A stretch of 64,000 nucleotides of DNA, from assembly GCA_040830765.1 (NCBI GenBank), contig JBFOMH010000017.1, positions 256,001-320,000 of the forward strand. Reading direction: 5' to 3'. The notes beneath the pieces were generated by a model that searched no databases, was not told the DNA's origin, and saw only the letters and a list, made by a program, of their open reading frames with translations. The position numbers were made by a program, and so were the translations under genes. This document shows positions 42,150 to 53,232 of this stretch, piece after piece. Positions within the stretch are counted from its first letter, which is position 1. Each line of letters opens with the position of its first letter. This DNA is from Puniceicoccaceae bacterium (GTDB taxonomy: Bacteria; Verrucomicrobiota; Verrucomicrobiia; Opitutales; Oceanipulchritudinaceae).

Positions 42150-44411
42150 CTAGCGCTTGGTGGCCACCATGAAATCGATTTGGCGCTTGAAGCGGTCCAC
42201 GCGGGCCACGGAGACCTCTATGGTATCGCCGATTTCATAGCGGTTCCGGCGCTTGCGACCAACAATTCCGGTGTGTTCGGGATTCACCTTGTAGAGGTCG
42301 TCCCGGAGCGTGGAAATATGGACCAGGCCATAGGCCATGGAATCCACCAGCTCGACAAACATGCCATGGTTGCGGACGTCCATGATGACGGCCTTGAAGC
42401 GGGACTTGACTGGTTTATCAAGTTCCCTCTCGAAGAACTCGAGCAGTTTGATTTTCACGGATTCACGCTCGGCCTCAGTGCTGTTTTGTTCGGTCAGGGA
42501 GAGGTGCTGGGCGATACCGGCGAGGTCGCTAAAGGTATATTTCTTCTTGTGGTGCCGATGGCCGCCAGGAACGAGGTGGCGGGCAAAAATCCGATGCACG
42601 ACAAGGTCGGAATAGCGCCGGATGGGGGAGGTGAAGTGCGTGTAATGCTTCTTGGCGAGGCCGAAGTGTCCATCCGCGGAGGCCCGGTAGCAGGCCTGTT
42701 TGAGGCTCCGGAGGAAGCTGACCCGGAGATTGTGGGCCTGGGGATGGGTTTTCAGCTGTAGAAGGACGCGGTTCAGGTTGCGGCGAATGTTGAGGTCGCC
42801 CGGTTTAATCCCGAAGGTCTCGAGGTAATCGGCAAACTCATCCAGCTTGTCCGGATCAGGTTCATCATGAACGCGGTGGATTCCGGGCAGGTTACGGTCG
42901 TTGAATGAGCGGGCCACGGCTTCATTGGCCCCGAGCATGAACTCTTCAATCAACTGGTGGCTTTCATCCTGCTCAACCCGAACGATGGTCTCGGCGTAGC
43001 CTTCCTTGTCGACGTAGATCTTGGTTTCCGGCATATCCAGCTCGAGGCTGCCGGACCGCATCCGCGCCTTCCTCATTCTTGAAGCGATTTGCCAGAGTTG
43101 CCGCAGGACCTTGCTGATATGCTGCAGTTCCTTCTTCTGAAGGTCCTTCAGGCTTCGTCCGGTACTGCCTGTCTGGTGGGCCGGCGGATCGGGCCGGGCG
43201 GCAACTTCCATGACGTCATCCGTGAAGAGAAAGGCGTAGGCCTGCTCGTAGGTGAGCCGCTTGTTGCTCCGGATGACCGTGCTCGAGAAACGGCTTTTGA
43301 GGAGCTTGCCCTGCTTGTCATAGGTGAGGAAGACGGTCTTGGTCAGCCGGTCTTCATCCTCGACAAGACTGCAGAGGCCGTTCGAGAGCGGGTGGGGTAA
43401 CATCGGAATGACGGTTCCGACAAGATAGGTGGAATTGCCCCGCTTGCGTGCCTCGCGATCGAGACTGGTCCCCGGCCGGACGTAGTGGCTGACATCCGCG
43501 ATATGGACCCCGACGGTGATGTTGCCATTTTTTTCCGGATAGAGTGAGAGCGCATCATCGAAATCCTTGGCATCCTGGGGATCGATAGTCATCGTGTAGT
43601 CACCCCGCAGGTCCTCCCGGTCGCGGACATCCGCTTCCGGGACCTTGGCCGGAAGACGGCCGGTTTCCTTGAGGACGCCCTGTGGAAATTCGGGATTCAA
43701 ATCATACTGGTGCAGGAGCGCTTCATACTCCGCCATCGGGGTATGGGTCTTCCCAAGTACCTTGATAATCTCGCCTTCCGGATTGAGATGCCGCTGCTCC
43801 CAGGGAGTCAGTTGAACGATCACCTTGTCATCAATCCGTGGCTTGGGGGAAAGGGTGGACTGCCTCGGATCCGGTACAAGGATGTCTTGGATAATACGGG
43901 GGTCATCCGGAATGACATAATGGAACATGCGGCTGCGCTTGAGGGTACCGGTGAGGGTTTTATTGGCCCGTTCGAGGATGCGAATGACGCGCACGGTATC
44001 CAGTTGGTCGCCGCCCGGGCCACGGGTTTTGCGGGTCCTGTTGCGGAAGCGTCGCCTGTCGTGGTGGATGCGGCAGACGACCCGATCCCGGTGCATGGCG
44101 ACCCAGGTGTCTTCGGCATTGATGTGGTAGGGTGGCCGGGTGTCCGCACCTTCGACGTTATCCGGAATCAGGGTTGCCGATCCGCTCTGGCGGAAACGGA
44201 CAATGCCGGTTATCAGGTCGGCATCCCGTGGCAGGCAAACGCGGTTTTTCTTCAGTTTGACGAGCGTTCCCTGACGCAGGTGCTGGCCGACTTCCCGCTT
44301 GAAGGCAGTGAACGCCTTCTCGGGAATATCCATATGTTCGGCCAGTCGGTCGATGGAAAGGGGGATGTATTCGGGATCCTTCAGGACCTCCAGAATTTGC
44401 GGAAGATACAT
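42150..44411 (-). CDS. rnr: Ribonuclease R (RNB family)
   Basis: TIDPQDAKDFDDA, HIADVS, IEEFML, HFTSPIRRY, C-terminal S1 domain. Confidence 0.93.
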   Translation of the reverse strand: MYLPQILEVLKDPEYIPLSIDRLAEHMDIPEKAFTAFKREVGQHLRQGTLVKLKKNRVCLPRDADLITGIVRFRQSGSATLIPDNVEGADTRPPYHINAEDTWVAMHRDRVVCRIHHDRRRFRNRTRKTRGPGGDQLDTVRVIRILERANKTLTGTLKRSRMFHYVIPDDPRIIQDILVPDPRQSTLSPKPRIDDKVIVQLTPWEQRHLNPEGEIIKVLGKTHTPMAEYEALLHQYDLNPEFPQGVLKETGRLPAKVPEADVRDREDLRGDYTMTIDPQDAKDFDDALSLYPEKNGNITVGVHIADVSHYVRPGTSLDREARKRGNSTYLVGTVIPMLPHPLSNGLCSLVEDEDRLTKTVFLTYDKQGKLLKSRFSSTVIRSNKRLTYEQAYAFLFTDDVMEVAARPDPPAHQTGSTGRSLKDLQKKELQHISKVLRQLWQIASRMRKARMRSGSLELDMPETKIYVDKEGYAETIVRVEQDESHQLIEEFMLGANEAVARSFNDRNLPGIHRVHDEPDPDKLDEFADYLETFGIKPGDLNIRRNLNRVLLQLKTHPQAHNLRVSFLRSLKQACYRASADGHFGLAKKHYTHFTSPIRRYSDLVVHRIFARHLVPGGHRHHKKKYTFSDLAGIAQHLSLTEQNSTEAERESVKIKLLEFFERELDKPVKSRFKAVIMDVRNHGMFVELVDSMAYGLVHISTLRDDLYKVNPEHTGIVGRKRRNRYEIGDTIEVSVARVDRFKRQIDFMVATKR

Positions 44412-44419
44412 GGTGTGCG

Positions 44420-46099
44420 TTAAACTACTGGATCCGGGACAACTTGTCGAACCAGTGTTGTCAGGTAGGGGATTAGCTGCTTCTTCCGGCTGACCACTCC
44501 CTTGAGCTCGAAGATGTCATCGGCTGCCTGGTGGGGATAGGTGATGCTGTCGATAAGCAGGTCATCTCCCCGGATCAGGAGAAGCGAGTTTTGCGAGTTG
44601 ATGTCGGTTACGAGGAGTGCCGAGAAAAGCAACCCCTCCTTCTTGCGGACATCCTCCAGTGCCTGGTTCAAATTCTCGCAATGCTCCCAGAGGTTGTCGA
44701 AGCCGAGCTCCTCGACCTGGGAAACAGAAAAGCCGGCTGAACTTTCCCGGTAGATTTTCAAGTCTGAGCGAATGACATTTTCGGGGGTTTCGCTCTTGAT
44801 GACTGAGCCGGCATTGAAAATTTCCTCTGCCAGCTCAGCCGCTTTAATCCCCGCGATTTCGCTCAGCCACTCCAGCATCTCATGATCCATTGGAGTGGTT
44901 GTCGGACCCTTGAGGTGAAGAGTGTCCGAAATGATGCCGCCCATGAGGACACCGGCAGTGGCCGGATCCGGCTCCCGCCGGTCCTTGTGGAAAAGGCTGG
45001 CCACGATTGTCGAAGTCGATCCCACGGGCAGGTTGATGAAGGCGATTGGTTGTTGGGTCGGTGGATTGCCAAGCCGGTGATGGTCCACTATTTCGAGGAT
45101 GTTGACCTGCTCCGCTCCGGGGATGGCCTGGCTCAATTCATTGTGATCGACGAGGATGAGGTTGGTACGAACCGGTTTGATCAGGTCGGTCTTGGTGAAA
45201 ATGCCGAGAAGTTTGCCCGTATCATCCACGACCATGTAGGCCGCTGCCGGTGAGGAAACCAGCTTGCGGCGGACAAGGCTCAATTTGTCATCCGGTCCGA
45301 ACTCCAGGGTGCGGCTGGTGGCCATTTCCCCGACCTGGCCGGCACTCCGGATGATCCAAGAGGTTGTCGCTGAATCATGAGGGCTGATGACGATGCTGAC
45401 ATCCCTTTCCCGGGCCAGTTCGATGACGTCCGGTTCAACCGGCAGTCCGCCACTGATAACCAGCATGCGAACGCCTGATTGGATTGACTTCTGTTGGATG
45501 TCGTACCGGTCACCAACGATGATGATGCTGGATTGGGCGATTTCCTCATCCTTGTAATAGCTGCCGAAGGAGCGGATGTCCATGGCGCCAATGCGGACAA
45601 AAAGGTTTTCCAGGCGATCGGGGTCGGAAAGGTGGATGACTTCCGCCCCCAATGCCTTGACGATGTTGTTGGCGGTCGTATGGACCCGCCGCATCTGGCG
45701 CTCATCCCGAGGTTTTGGGATAAAGTACTCCCCGAGATCGAAAATGGACAGGCTGCCGCAGAGGTTGTCTGCCGCATCCACGATCGGTAGCACCCGGACA
45801 TCATTGCGGTCCATCAACTCCAGGGCCTCCATACAGATCGAATCCGGCCGCGTCTTGATCACATCCTTGACCATGATATCCCGGACTCGCGGGGTTACAT
45901 CACCGAGAAATTGCGGGAGCGGAACATTGAACTTCGAAAGGATTGTGTCGATACGGGCATTGGAGTTGCCGCATCGGGCGGGGAGACACTTCGGCCCCTC
46001 CTTGCCATTCTTGTATGCGGCATAGCCGATGGCCGAGCAGATCGCATCGGCATCCGGATTCCTGTGTCCAATTACGTAGATGACTTCCTTTTCCTTCAT
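44420..46099 (-). CDS. Mn-dependent family II inorganic pyrophosphatase with CBS-DRTGG-CBS insert (CBS-PPase)
   Basis: GHRNPDAD, CBS and IVGDR (DRTGG) insert, LVDHNE, VDHH, SRKKQL. Confidence 0.92.
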   Translation of the reverse strand: MKEKEVIYVIGHRNPDADAICSAIGYAAYKNGKEGPKCLPARCGNSNARIDTILSKFNVPLPQFLGDVTPRVRDIMVKDVIKTRPDSICMEALELMDRNDVRVLPIVDAADNLCGSLSIFDLGEYFIPKPRDERQMRRVHTTANNIVKALGAEVIHLSDPDRLENLFVRIGAMDIRSFGSYYKDEEIAQSSIIIVGDRYDIQQKSIQSGVRMLVISGGLPVEPDVIELARERDVSIVISPHDSATTSWIIRSAGQVGEMATSRTLEFGPDDKLSLVRRKLVSSPAAAYMVVDDTGKLLGIFTKTDLIKPVRTNLILVDHNELSQAIPGAEQVNILEIVDHHRLGNPPTQQPIAFINLPVGSTSTIVASLFHKDRREPDPATAGVLMGGIISDTLHLKGPTTTPMDHEMLEWLSEIAGIKAAELAEEIFNAGSVIKSETPENVIRSDLKIYRESSAGFSVSQVEELGFDNLWEHCENLNQALEDVRKKEGLLFSALLVTDINSQNSLLLIRGDDLLIDSITYPHQAADDIFELKGVVSRKKQLIPYLTTLVRQVVPDPVV

Positions 46100-46196
46100 G
46101 ATAACCCGGGATGCGCCTTGCATCCCCCACCTTCTATTCCATTGTTAATTCGCGGAGGGAAGCATTATTGTCAGTGGAAGTCTATTTCATTCCATC

Positions 46197-46676
46197 ATGA
46201 AACAACTGATTCTTGTCGATGCCTGCAATGTCCTGCACGCCACCGCTCCCTACAAGGAGCGCTTGAGTGAAGGCATGGACCAGCTGGGAGAGGAACTCCT
46301 TGAACGTCTGCGCCCCCTGCACGATATCGACCAATGGGAACTCCACCTTGTCATCGATGGAAAAGGCAGCCGCCTTGAGCAGCAGTTTATTGACCGGACC
46401 CGGACCCTTTCCCTGGTCTTCTCCCCGTCTGGTCAGCAGGCGGATACGATCATTGAGGCCTGGTTGATCCGTCTGGGACCGGATTGGCGGATAAAAGTCG
46501 TGACCAATGACCGTGCCATTACCCACACAGCTCTCGCCCAAGGTGCGGAACCGCTTCGGCCCATGGACACATTGCAATGGGCCGACGAGGTGCGTTCGCG
46601 GGCCACCCGGGACCACAAGAATCAGGTAAATAAACCCGGTACGGAGTTCGGCAACAGGCTTGAAGGATTATTATAG
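46197..46676 (+). CDS. NYN-domain (YacP/Rae1-like) protein
   Basis: LVDACN, LVIDG, AD..I, VVTND acidic PIN-like motifs. Confidence 0.78.
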   Translation: MKQLILVDACNVLHATAPYKERLSEGMDQLGEELLERLRPLHDIDQWELHLVIDGKGSRLEQQFIDRTRTLSLVFSPSGQQADTIIEAWLIRLGPDWRIKVVTNDRAITHTALAQGAEPLRPMDTLQWADEVRSRATRDHKNQVNKPGTEFGNRLEGLL

Positions 46677-46694
46677 GACCGTTAGGTTTGGGGA

Positions 46695-47942
46695 ATGATA
46701 CGCACGCCCCACGCTACCCGGTTGGCGGAGCTCCAGGGTCCTTACGGTCCCCTGCAGGTCCTTGAGATGAAAGTTCAGCAGGTCTGGGCATTGCAGCAAT
46801 TTCAAACGGGCTGCTGGATGACCCAAGGCGGACACAACCTGAGCATCCGTTCACCTGGGGTTTGGAACCGCGGTTCCGGACCGGACTTCCAGGATGCAGT
46901 ACTGGAGCTGGATGGGGAGGTCAGGATTGGTGATGTGGAGATTCACCTCTACCGGGAGGACTGGTGGCGCCATGGTCATGCCTCGGATCCGGCGTATAAC
47001 AAGGTTATTCTGCATGTTGTCCTGTTTGCGGGAGGCATGGGGCACCGCTTGCGGACGGAATCTGGCAATCAGCCGGAGGAATGGGTGATGGGACCTTGGA
47101 TGCGCGAGGATGTAGAGTCGGTCAGTGGAGGTGAGCCCGGGTTGTTTGGGGAGCGGATACCCGAGATACGGGAGTGGATTGAGTCGGATACCGCGGAGAT
47201 TCTCGTCGAGAAGCTTCGATTAGGAGCGGACCGCCGATGGCAGGACAAGGAGGCCATGGCAAGGTGTCTTGTAGAAGCTGAGGGGTGGAACGGAGGCCTG
47301 CACAGGATGGTCCTTTATTACCTCGGGTTTCCGGCCAATCGAAGGTCCTTCTATGCTATAGCAGAGAGATTTCCGCAGGATTGCTGGCGGGATGAGGGAA
47401 TCCTGGCGGAGATAAGACAAGAATGGGCGGACAAGATTCAATGGGGAGTCGGTCGTCCGGCTAACCGGGCCCTGCCGCGGTTGGAACAATATCAAATGCT
47501 GAACGCTAACCAGCCATTCTGGATGGAGAATTTGAGAAAGCCGCCCAAGGAGCTGATTGAGCCACTGCAGGCGATTCTTGATCCTGCTGGAGTGGTTATG
47601 GAGACGGGTAAGGTCAGGCGTCTGGCCCGCTTCAGCCAGTGGCAATCCTGGCTTCATGGAACCGTTTGTGGAGGAGCCTTGGGAATCGGGTTGCTGAGGA
47701 GACTCTGGGTGGACGTGTTCCTTCCCATGATGGTGGTCGATCAGGTTCTCACAGCGGAGGAGGCGGCAGCTCTCTGGTTCCATGCTCATCCGGGCCAGTA
47801 TCCGGCGTCCTACAACCCGTTGCTTTTATTGGTTGGAGCGCGTCAGGCCTGTTGCCATATTCGCTCAAATGGCTGGATCCAGGGATTGTTCTGGATAGAG
47901 GACCAATTACGGCTGGAACGGGTTCGGACAGCAAGCAAGTGA
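46695..47942 (+). CDS. DUF2851 family protein
   Basis: PG.WN..SGPDF, GDVEIH, W..HGH..D..Y..VILHVV. Confidence 0.85.
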   Translation: MIRTPHATRLAELQGPYGPLQVLEMKVQQVWALQQFQTGCWMTQGGHNLSIRSPGVWNRGSGPDFQDAVLELDGEVRIGDVEIHLYREDWWRHGHASDPAYNKVILHVVLFAGGMGHRLRTESGNQPEEWVMGPWMREDVESVSGGEPGLFGERIPEIREWIESDTAEILVEKLRLGADRRWQDKEAMARCLVEAEGWNGGLHRMVLYYLGFPANRRSFYAIAERFPQDCWRDEGILAEIRQEWADKIQWGVGRPANRALPRLEQYQMLNANQPFWMENLRKPPKELIEPLQAILDPAGVVMETGKVRRLARFSQWQSWLHGTVCGGALGIGLLRRLWVDVFLPMMVVDQVLTAEEAAALWFHAHPGQYPASYNPLLLLVGARQACCHIRSNGWIQGLFWIEDQLRLERVRTASK

Positions 47943-47968
47943 GCGCCCCTGCCTGGCCGAAGCGGTGC

Positions 47969-47997
47969 TTGACAAGGCCGTTGCGCGGAACCACATT
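47969..47997 (+). promoter_or_regulatory. Putative sigma70 promoter of the nusA operon
   Basis: TTGACA-N17-CACATT. Confidence 0.65.
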
Positions 47998-48022
47998 CTT
48001 TCTTTTATTCTTCTTAGACAGG

Positions 48023-48050
48023 AAGAGTGGGCCAAGGCCCGCTCTTTTTT
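48023..48050 (+). ncRNA. rimP/nusA-leader-type attenuator hairpin (cis-regulatory terminator)
   Basis: AAGAGTGGGC-caag-GCCCGCTCTT then T run, between the promoter and nusA ATG; resembles the conserved rimP leader. Confidence 0.75.
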
Positions 48051-48083
48051 GTCTTATAAACTATCGAATCGACGCCACATACA

Positions 48084-49349
48084 ATGAGCCAGGAAATTTT
48101 ATCCGTCCTTGAATACATGGAGAAGGAGAAGGGGATTCCGCGGGAAGACATGATTTCCGCGATCGCCAACGCAATCCGCAGTGCGGCCTCCAAGGGGGTT
48201 AACGCGGGTCAGGAATTGCGCATCGAAATCAATCCCAAAAACGGGGCCTTGCAAGCATGGTCAATTTTGGAAGTGGTTGATTCCGTGGGAGATCCGAGAA
48301 CCCAGATTCATATCGAAAAGGCCCGGCAGCTCAACCCGGAAGCGGCTGTTGGGTTGTTTATCGAGAAGGAAGTCGACCCTGAGAAACTGGGTCGTATTGC
48401 CGCCCAGACAGCCCGCCAGACCATCATGCAGCGACTGCGGCAGTTCGAGAAGGAGCGGATTTATGACGAATACAAGGACAACGTCGGTGATATCGTTACC
48501 GGGGTGGTGCGGCGTCGTGAACGCGGGGACCTGATCGTGGACCTTGGCAAGGCGGAAGCTATCCTGCCACCGCGGGAGCGGGTTCCCGGAGAGGATTACT
48601 CGCCTGGCGAGCGCATGCGTTGCCTCCTGTCGGAAATCGAGCCGACGAACCGTGGACCGGAACTGATTCTTTCCCGGGCCAGTGTGAAGTTTGTCCGCCG
48701 CCTGTTCGAACTGGAAGTAGCGGAAATCCAGGACGGGACGGTTGTTATCGAGGCCATCGCCCGCGAGCCCGGATACCGCACGAAGATCGCTGTCAGCAGC
48801 AAGGACCCGAAGGTTGACCCGGTAGGTGCTTGTGTCGGTGCGCGGGGTGCACGGGTGAAGAGTATCGTCCGCGAGCTGGGCGGTGAGAAAATCGATATCG
48901 TCAAATTCAGTGATGATCCGCTGGAATTACTCCACGAGGCCATCAAGCCCGCAGTTCCCTTGAATATCAAGGTGGATGAAGAAAACAAACGGATCTATTT
49001 CGAAGTCAGTGAGGAAAACCTGAGCATCGCTATCGGGCGCCGGGGCCAGAATGCACGGCTGACGTCCCGTCTGCTGGGGTGGAAGCTCGACATCGCCAAG
49101 GAGCAAGTATCCGAGGTTGGCTTTGATGAACGTCTTCGGGAAGCGATCAAGGGTTGGGAAGGGGTCCAGGGAATCTCTGATGAACTGGCGGCCTTCCTTG
49201 TCCAGCACGGTCTTGTCAGCCCCGAGGCATTTGAAGGGGTGGAAGCCAAGGACCTGGTCAAGCTTGGTTTTACCGAGACCGATGCAGAGCAGGTTGTCAA
49301 ACTGGTGCAGGCCCACCGGACAGCCAACGGAGCAGACGCTGCTTCCTGA
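48084..49349 (+). CDS. nusA: Transcription termination/antitermination factor NusA
   Basis: [38 protein letters not shown]. Confidence 0.98.
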   Translation: MSQEILSVLEYMEKEKGIPREDMISAIANAIRSAASKGVNAGQELRIEINPKNGALQAWSILEVVDSVGDPRTQIHIEKARQLNPEAAVGLFIEKEVDPEKLGRIAAQTARQTIMQRLRQFEKERIYDEYKDNVGDIVTGVVRRRERGDLIVDLGKAEAILPPRERVPGEDYSPGERMRCLLSEIEPTNRGPELILSRASVKFVRRLFELEVAEIQDGTVVIEAIAREPGYRTKIAVSSKDPKVDPVGACVGARGARVKSIVRELGGEKIDIVKFSDDPLELLHEAIKPAVPLNIKVDEENKRIYFEVSEENLSIAIGRRGQNARLTSRLLGWKLDIAKEQVSEVGFDERLREAIKGWEGVQGISDELAAFLVQHGLVSPEAFEGVEAKDLVKLGFTETDAEQVVKLVQAHRTANGADAAS

Positions 49350-49410
49350 GCAGATGGCATAAAGGGAACATATTGCGCAAATCAGGTATTTCAGTTAGAG
49401 GTAAGGTTTT

Positions 49411-51840
49411 ATGAGTGTTCGGATCTATCAGTTATCCAAGGAAATCGGGATGGACAACGCCGAGTTGATTGCGTTGCTCACGGAACGCGGGTACGAGGTG
49501 AAGAGCGCTTCCAGTACCGTCGACAACATATCCGCAGAAAGTCTCCGCGAGGAATTCGGGCCCAAGCCTGAAGAGGAAAAGCCGGAGGAGGAAGCTCCCG
49601 CTCCAGAACCAGAAAAGAAACCTGTTATGCCGACCGGGGCAATTGTCCGTTCAAAGGAAGATATTGAACGGGAGCGCCGTGAAATTGAGGAAGAGGAACA
49701 AAAGAAGCGCGACGAAGCCGCGGCTCAACTGCGTCCTCCGCCGGTCAGTCCAGGCAAGGCTCCCCCTCCGCTGCCGACCAAGCCGGTCATCCAGCGCCGT
49801 CCCTCGCCCCTGACCCCGGCAACCCCGGGTCAGCCTGGCTCGACGCCGCCGCGGCCGATTGTCCGGTCCGACCTGCCCAAGGAAACCCCCGAGGAGAAGC
49901 AAGCGGATAAATCTGATGAGAAGCCGGCTCCAACGGGCCCGCCGCCCATCAAGCCACCCATTTTAAGAGGCCCCAGCCCAATCGCCCCTCCCCAAGTCAC
50001 TTCTCCAAAACCTGAGGAACCGACAGAGGAGGAATCGGAAGAAGCAGCCGAGGCAGCCCCTTCCGCCGAATTGAAACCTCTGCAAGTCCGCTCGCCAATT
50101 GTGGTCAGGGATTTCGCCCTGCAAATTGGCCGCAAGCCATTTCAGCTGATTTCCGAACTCATGGAAATGAGCATCTTCGCCTCCATGAACTCGTCCATCG
50201 AGGAGGATGTGGCCAGCCGTCTTGCCGAAACCCATGGTTTTGCCCTGGAAGTGCGTCACCGCGGCGAAGGTACCCAGCCGGAGGCCGCCAAGGAGGAAAA
50301 GCCGGAAAAGCCGAAGAGCGAACTTGTCGAGCGTCCCCCTGTTGTCTGTATCCTCGGTCACGTCGACCACGGGAAAACGACTTTGCTGGACACCATCCGC
50401 AAGGCCAATGTGGTTTCGACCGAAGCGGGTGGCATTACCCAGCACATTGGTGCTTACCAGATCTCCCACAACGACAAGTTAATCACTTTCATTGACACAC
50501 CGGGTCACGCTGCCTTCAGCAACATGCGAGCCCGCGGTGCACGGACGACCGATATTGCCATCCTGGTTGTTGCTGCGGATGACGGTTTCATGCCGCAAAC
50601 CGACGAAGCGCTGGGTCATGCCCGTGTATCCAAGGTACCGATTGTCGTGGCAATCAACAAAATGGATGCTCCCGGAGCCAATGTGGACCGGGTGATGCGG
50701 CAGATGCAGGAGCGTGAACTGGCCCCTGAAGAATGGGGTGGGGAAACACTATGCGCCAAGGTTTCCGCCCTCAAGGGGGAGGGGATCGAGGACTTGCTGG
50801 AGGCCATCATTTTGCAGGCTGAGGTAACCGAGACGATTGTCGCCGATCCCCGCGCCAAGGTGGAAGGTGTCATCCTGGAAGCCCAGAAAGAACTGGGACG
50901 CGGTTCCACTGCTTCGGTCATTGTCCAGCAGGGAACCCTCAAGCCGGGAACGGCCATTGTCTGCGGGGAACATTACTGCCGCGTCCGTCAATTGATCGAC
51001 GACCAGGGCAAACAGGTGAAGCAGGCCGGTCCTTCAATGCCGGTCAAGGTTGTGGGCTGGTCTTCGCCGCCAGACGCCGGTGACGTTTTCAAGGCGGTCA
51101 AGAACGAGCGCGAAGCCAAGAAGCAGGCAGAAGCCAACGAGCTCGCCCGACGGAAACTGGAAGCTGCCGACAAGCAGGAATCCGGGGCATCCGTTGAGGA
51201 CCTTTTTGCCGCCATTGAAAAGACGCAGAAGAAGACCTTCTCCGTCCTGGTCAAGGCGGACGTTTATGGAACGGCCGAAGCCTTGGCAACCAGCCTGCAG
51301 GCGATCAAGAGCGACAAGATTGATCTTGAGGTCGTTGACATGGGGGTTGGAGACATCACCCGCAACGACATCATCATGGCCAGTGCGGCGCAGTCCAGTA
51401 TAGTCGGATTCAGCGTCGGGATTGAGAATGGGGTCAATAGCCTGGCCAAGCACCACAGCATCCAGCTGTTCCAGCACAATATCATCTATGAGTTGATTGA
51501 CCAGGTGAAGGATGCAATGGCCGATATGCTCGAGCCAGAGTTGCGGGAAAACAAGATCGGGGCCGCGGAAGTGCGCCAGGTCTTCCCATTGGGCAAGGGT
51601 CAGGTTGCCGGTTGCATGGTCACCGAGGGCCGTATTCAGCGCGATGCCCTGGCCCGCCTGATGCGCAATGGCGAAATGGTCCACGAGTCACGCATTTCCA
51701 CCTTGAAACGCTTCAAGGAAGACGCCACCGAGGTCCGTGCGGGATACGAGTGTGGTGTCCAGCTTGATGGCTACAATGCCTATCAGGAAAAGGATAGTAT
51801 CGAGGTATTCGAAATACTGAAAATCAAACCGTCACTCTAA
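49411..51840 (+). CDS. infB: Translation initiation factor IF-2
   Basis: [40 protein letters not shown]. Confidence 0.98.
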   Translation: MSVRIYQLSKEIGMDNAELIALLTERGYEVKSASSTVDNISAESLREEFGPKPEEEKPEEEAPAPEPEKKPVMPTGAIVRSKEDIERERREIEEEEQKKRDEAAAQLRPPPVSPGKAPPPLPTKPVIQRRPSPLTPATPGQPGSTPPRPIVRSDLPKETPEEKQADKSDEKPAPTGPPPIKPPILRGPSPIAPPQVTSPKPEEPTEEESEEAAEAAPSAELKPLQVRSPIVVRDFALQIGRKPFQLISELMEMSIFASMNSSIEEDVASRLAETHGFALEVRHRGEGTQPEAAKEEKPEKPKSELVERPPVVCILGHVDHGKTTLLDTIRKANVVSTEAGGITQHIGAYQISHNDKLITFIDTPGHAAFSNMRARGARTTDIAILVVAADDGFMPQTDEALGHARVSKVPIVVAINKMDAPGANVDRVMRQMQERELAPEEWGGETLCAKVSALKGEGIEDLLEAIILQAEVTETIVADPRAKVEGVILEAQKELGRGSTASVIVQQGTLKPGTAIVCGEHYCRVRQLIDDQGKQVKQAGPSMPVKVVGWSSPPDAGDVFKAVKNEREAKKQAEANELARRKLEAADKQESGASVEDLFAAIEKTQKKTFSVLVKADVYGTAEALATSLQAIKSDKIDLEVVDMGVGDITRNDIIMASAAQSSIVGFSVGIENGVNSLAKHHSIQLFQHNIIYELIDQVKDAMADMLEPELRENKIGAAEVRQVFPLGKGQVAGCMVTEGRIQRDALARLMRNGEMVHESRISTLKRFKEDATEVRAGYECGVQLDGYNAYQEKDSIEVFEILKIKPSL

Positions 51841-51846
51841 AGCCGA

Positions 51847-52221
51847 ATGGGTCAACGCGTTGTTCGAGTCAACGAGCTGGTCAAGCGCGAGATCAGTCAT
51901 GTCCTGCATACCCGCCATCGGGCGGAGTCTGTCCACATCTCCATCCTCGGGGTTGATGTTTCTCCGAACCTGCGTTCGGCAAAGGTCTTCTATTCGACCC
52001 ATGGGGATGTTAACCAGCGTCAGGCCGCAGAACGCTTCTTCAGGCGGCATCATGAATCCATCCGCAGGGAGATGGGCAAGGCGGTGACACTGAAGTATCT
52101 TCCGCATCTTGAATTTGTTTATGACAAGGGGGCCGATTATGGGGAACGGCTCAATGAATTGCTCGACAGTCTCGGACTTGAAGGAGAAACCCTGCCCGAT
52201 GACTTCGAAAATGAAACCTAA
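51847..52221 (+). CDS. rbfA: Ribosome-binding factor A
   Basis: RVNELVKREIS, VSPNLR.AKV, P.LEF.YD; position after infB. Confidence 0.95.
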   Translation: MGQRVVRVNELVKREISHVLHTRHRAESVHISILGVDVSPNLRSAKVFYSTHGDVNQRQAAERFFRRHHESIRREMGKAVTLKYLPHLEFVYDKGADYGERLNELLDSLGLEGETLPDDFENET

Positions 52222-52230
52222 ACAGTTTTT

Positions 52231-53232
52231 ATGATGGAAAAGTACTTTCCGAACCATTCCAGTGAATTCCTGGCGGCCCTCGAGGGTATCCGGGGCAAAC
52301 CGGTGGCTATCATGGGCCATGTCCGTCCGGACGGGGACTGCATTGGTTCCCAGGTCGGGCTTGCCCGTTGCATGCGTGAGATGGGATTCGACGTCGTTTG
52401 TTACAACGAGCATCGGGTACCGCAGAATTGCGTTCCCTTCGTCGGGGACACGCCATTCTTCATGGCCGGTGAAGGCGTTGATGCCAACCGGGTGGCCATT
52501 ACGGTGGACTGTGCCGACCGCAAACGGCTGGGACAAACCCTTCAGGAGGCCTACCCGGAAGTTTACCTTAATATTGACCACCACATCTCCAATACGCTTT
52601 ACGGCGAGCACAACATCATCGATGGCCACTCTTCGGCCACCGGTGAAATTCTCGGAGGGATGATGCTCGACAACGACATGCCGATGGATGCAGCTGCTGC
52701 CCAGGCCCTGTATGTCGGTATTGCCACTGACACCGGCCAGTTCCGGTTTGCTTCCACCACTCGCGACACCTTCGAGATCTGCTGTCACCTGATGGAAAAA
52801 GGCGCGGATCCGGCCAGTGCGGCGATGGAGCTGTACGAACGTGAAAGCCCGGCCAAGCTGGCGCTGCTGCAGCGCTTTCTGGCCAGCTTCCAGTATGTCT
52901 GCGACAAGCGGGCCTGCATCGGAATTATCGACGATGAAGCCTGGGAGGCAACGGGGGCCTGCAAGGAGGACACGGAGGGGCTTGTGGATTATGCCCGCTC
53001 GATCGAAGGGGTTGAAATTGGAATCCTTCTCGAGGAACGGGACGGAATGCTCAAGGGCAGCTTCCGGGCCAAGGACAAGATACACCGGGTGGACTTGCTG
53101 GCCCGCCAGTTCAACGGCGGCGGGCATGCCTGTGCTGCCGGGTTTAATCCCGAAAGTACGCTCAAGGAATTCTATCCCCGGCTGGTCAAAGCCCTTGAAG
53201 AACACTTTCACTCAATGAACGGAGAATCCTGA
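52231..53232 (+). CDS. nrnA: DHH/DHHA1 bifunctional oligoribonuclease / PAP phosphatase
   Basis: [30 protein letters not shown]. Confidence 0.92.
   Translation: MMEKYFPNHSSEFLAALEGIRGKPVAIMGHVRPDGDCIGSQVGLARCMREMGFDVVCYNEHRVPQNCVPFVGDTPFFMAGEGVDANRVAITVDCADRKRLGQTLQEAYPEVYLNIDHHISNTLYGEHNIIDGHSSATGEILGGMMLDNDMPMDAAAAQALYVGIATDTGQFRFASTTRDTFEICCHLMEKGADPASAAMELYERESPAKLALLQRFLASFQYVCDKRACIGIIDDEAWEATGACKEDTEGLVDYARSIEGVEIGILLEERDGMLKGSFRAKDKIHRVDLLARQFNGGGHACAAGFNPESTLKEFYPRLVKALEEHFHSMNGES

Noticed and set aside
49560..50070. Pro/Glu-rich low-complexity stretch in infB as a possible insertion or repeat array
   Set aside because: IF-2 N-terminal linkers are normally variable and low-complexity; frame intact, no nucleotide repeat unit
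51832..53211. 459-aa minus-strand ORF
   Set aside because: Antisense to rbfA and nrnA; no recognisable domain
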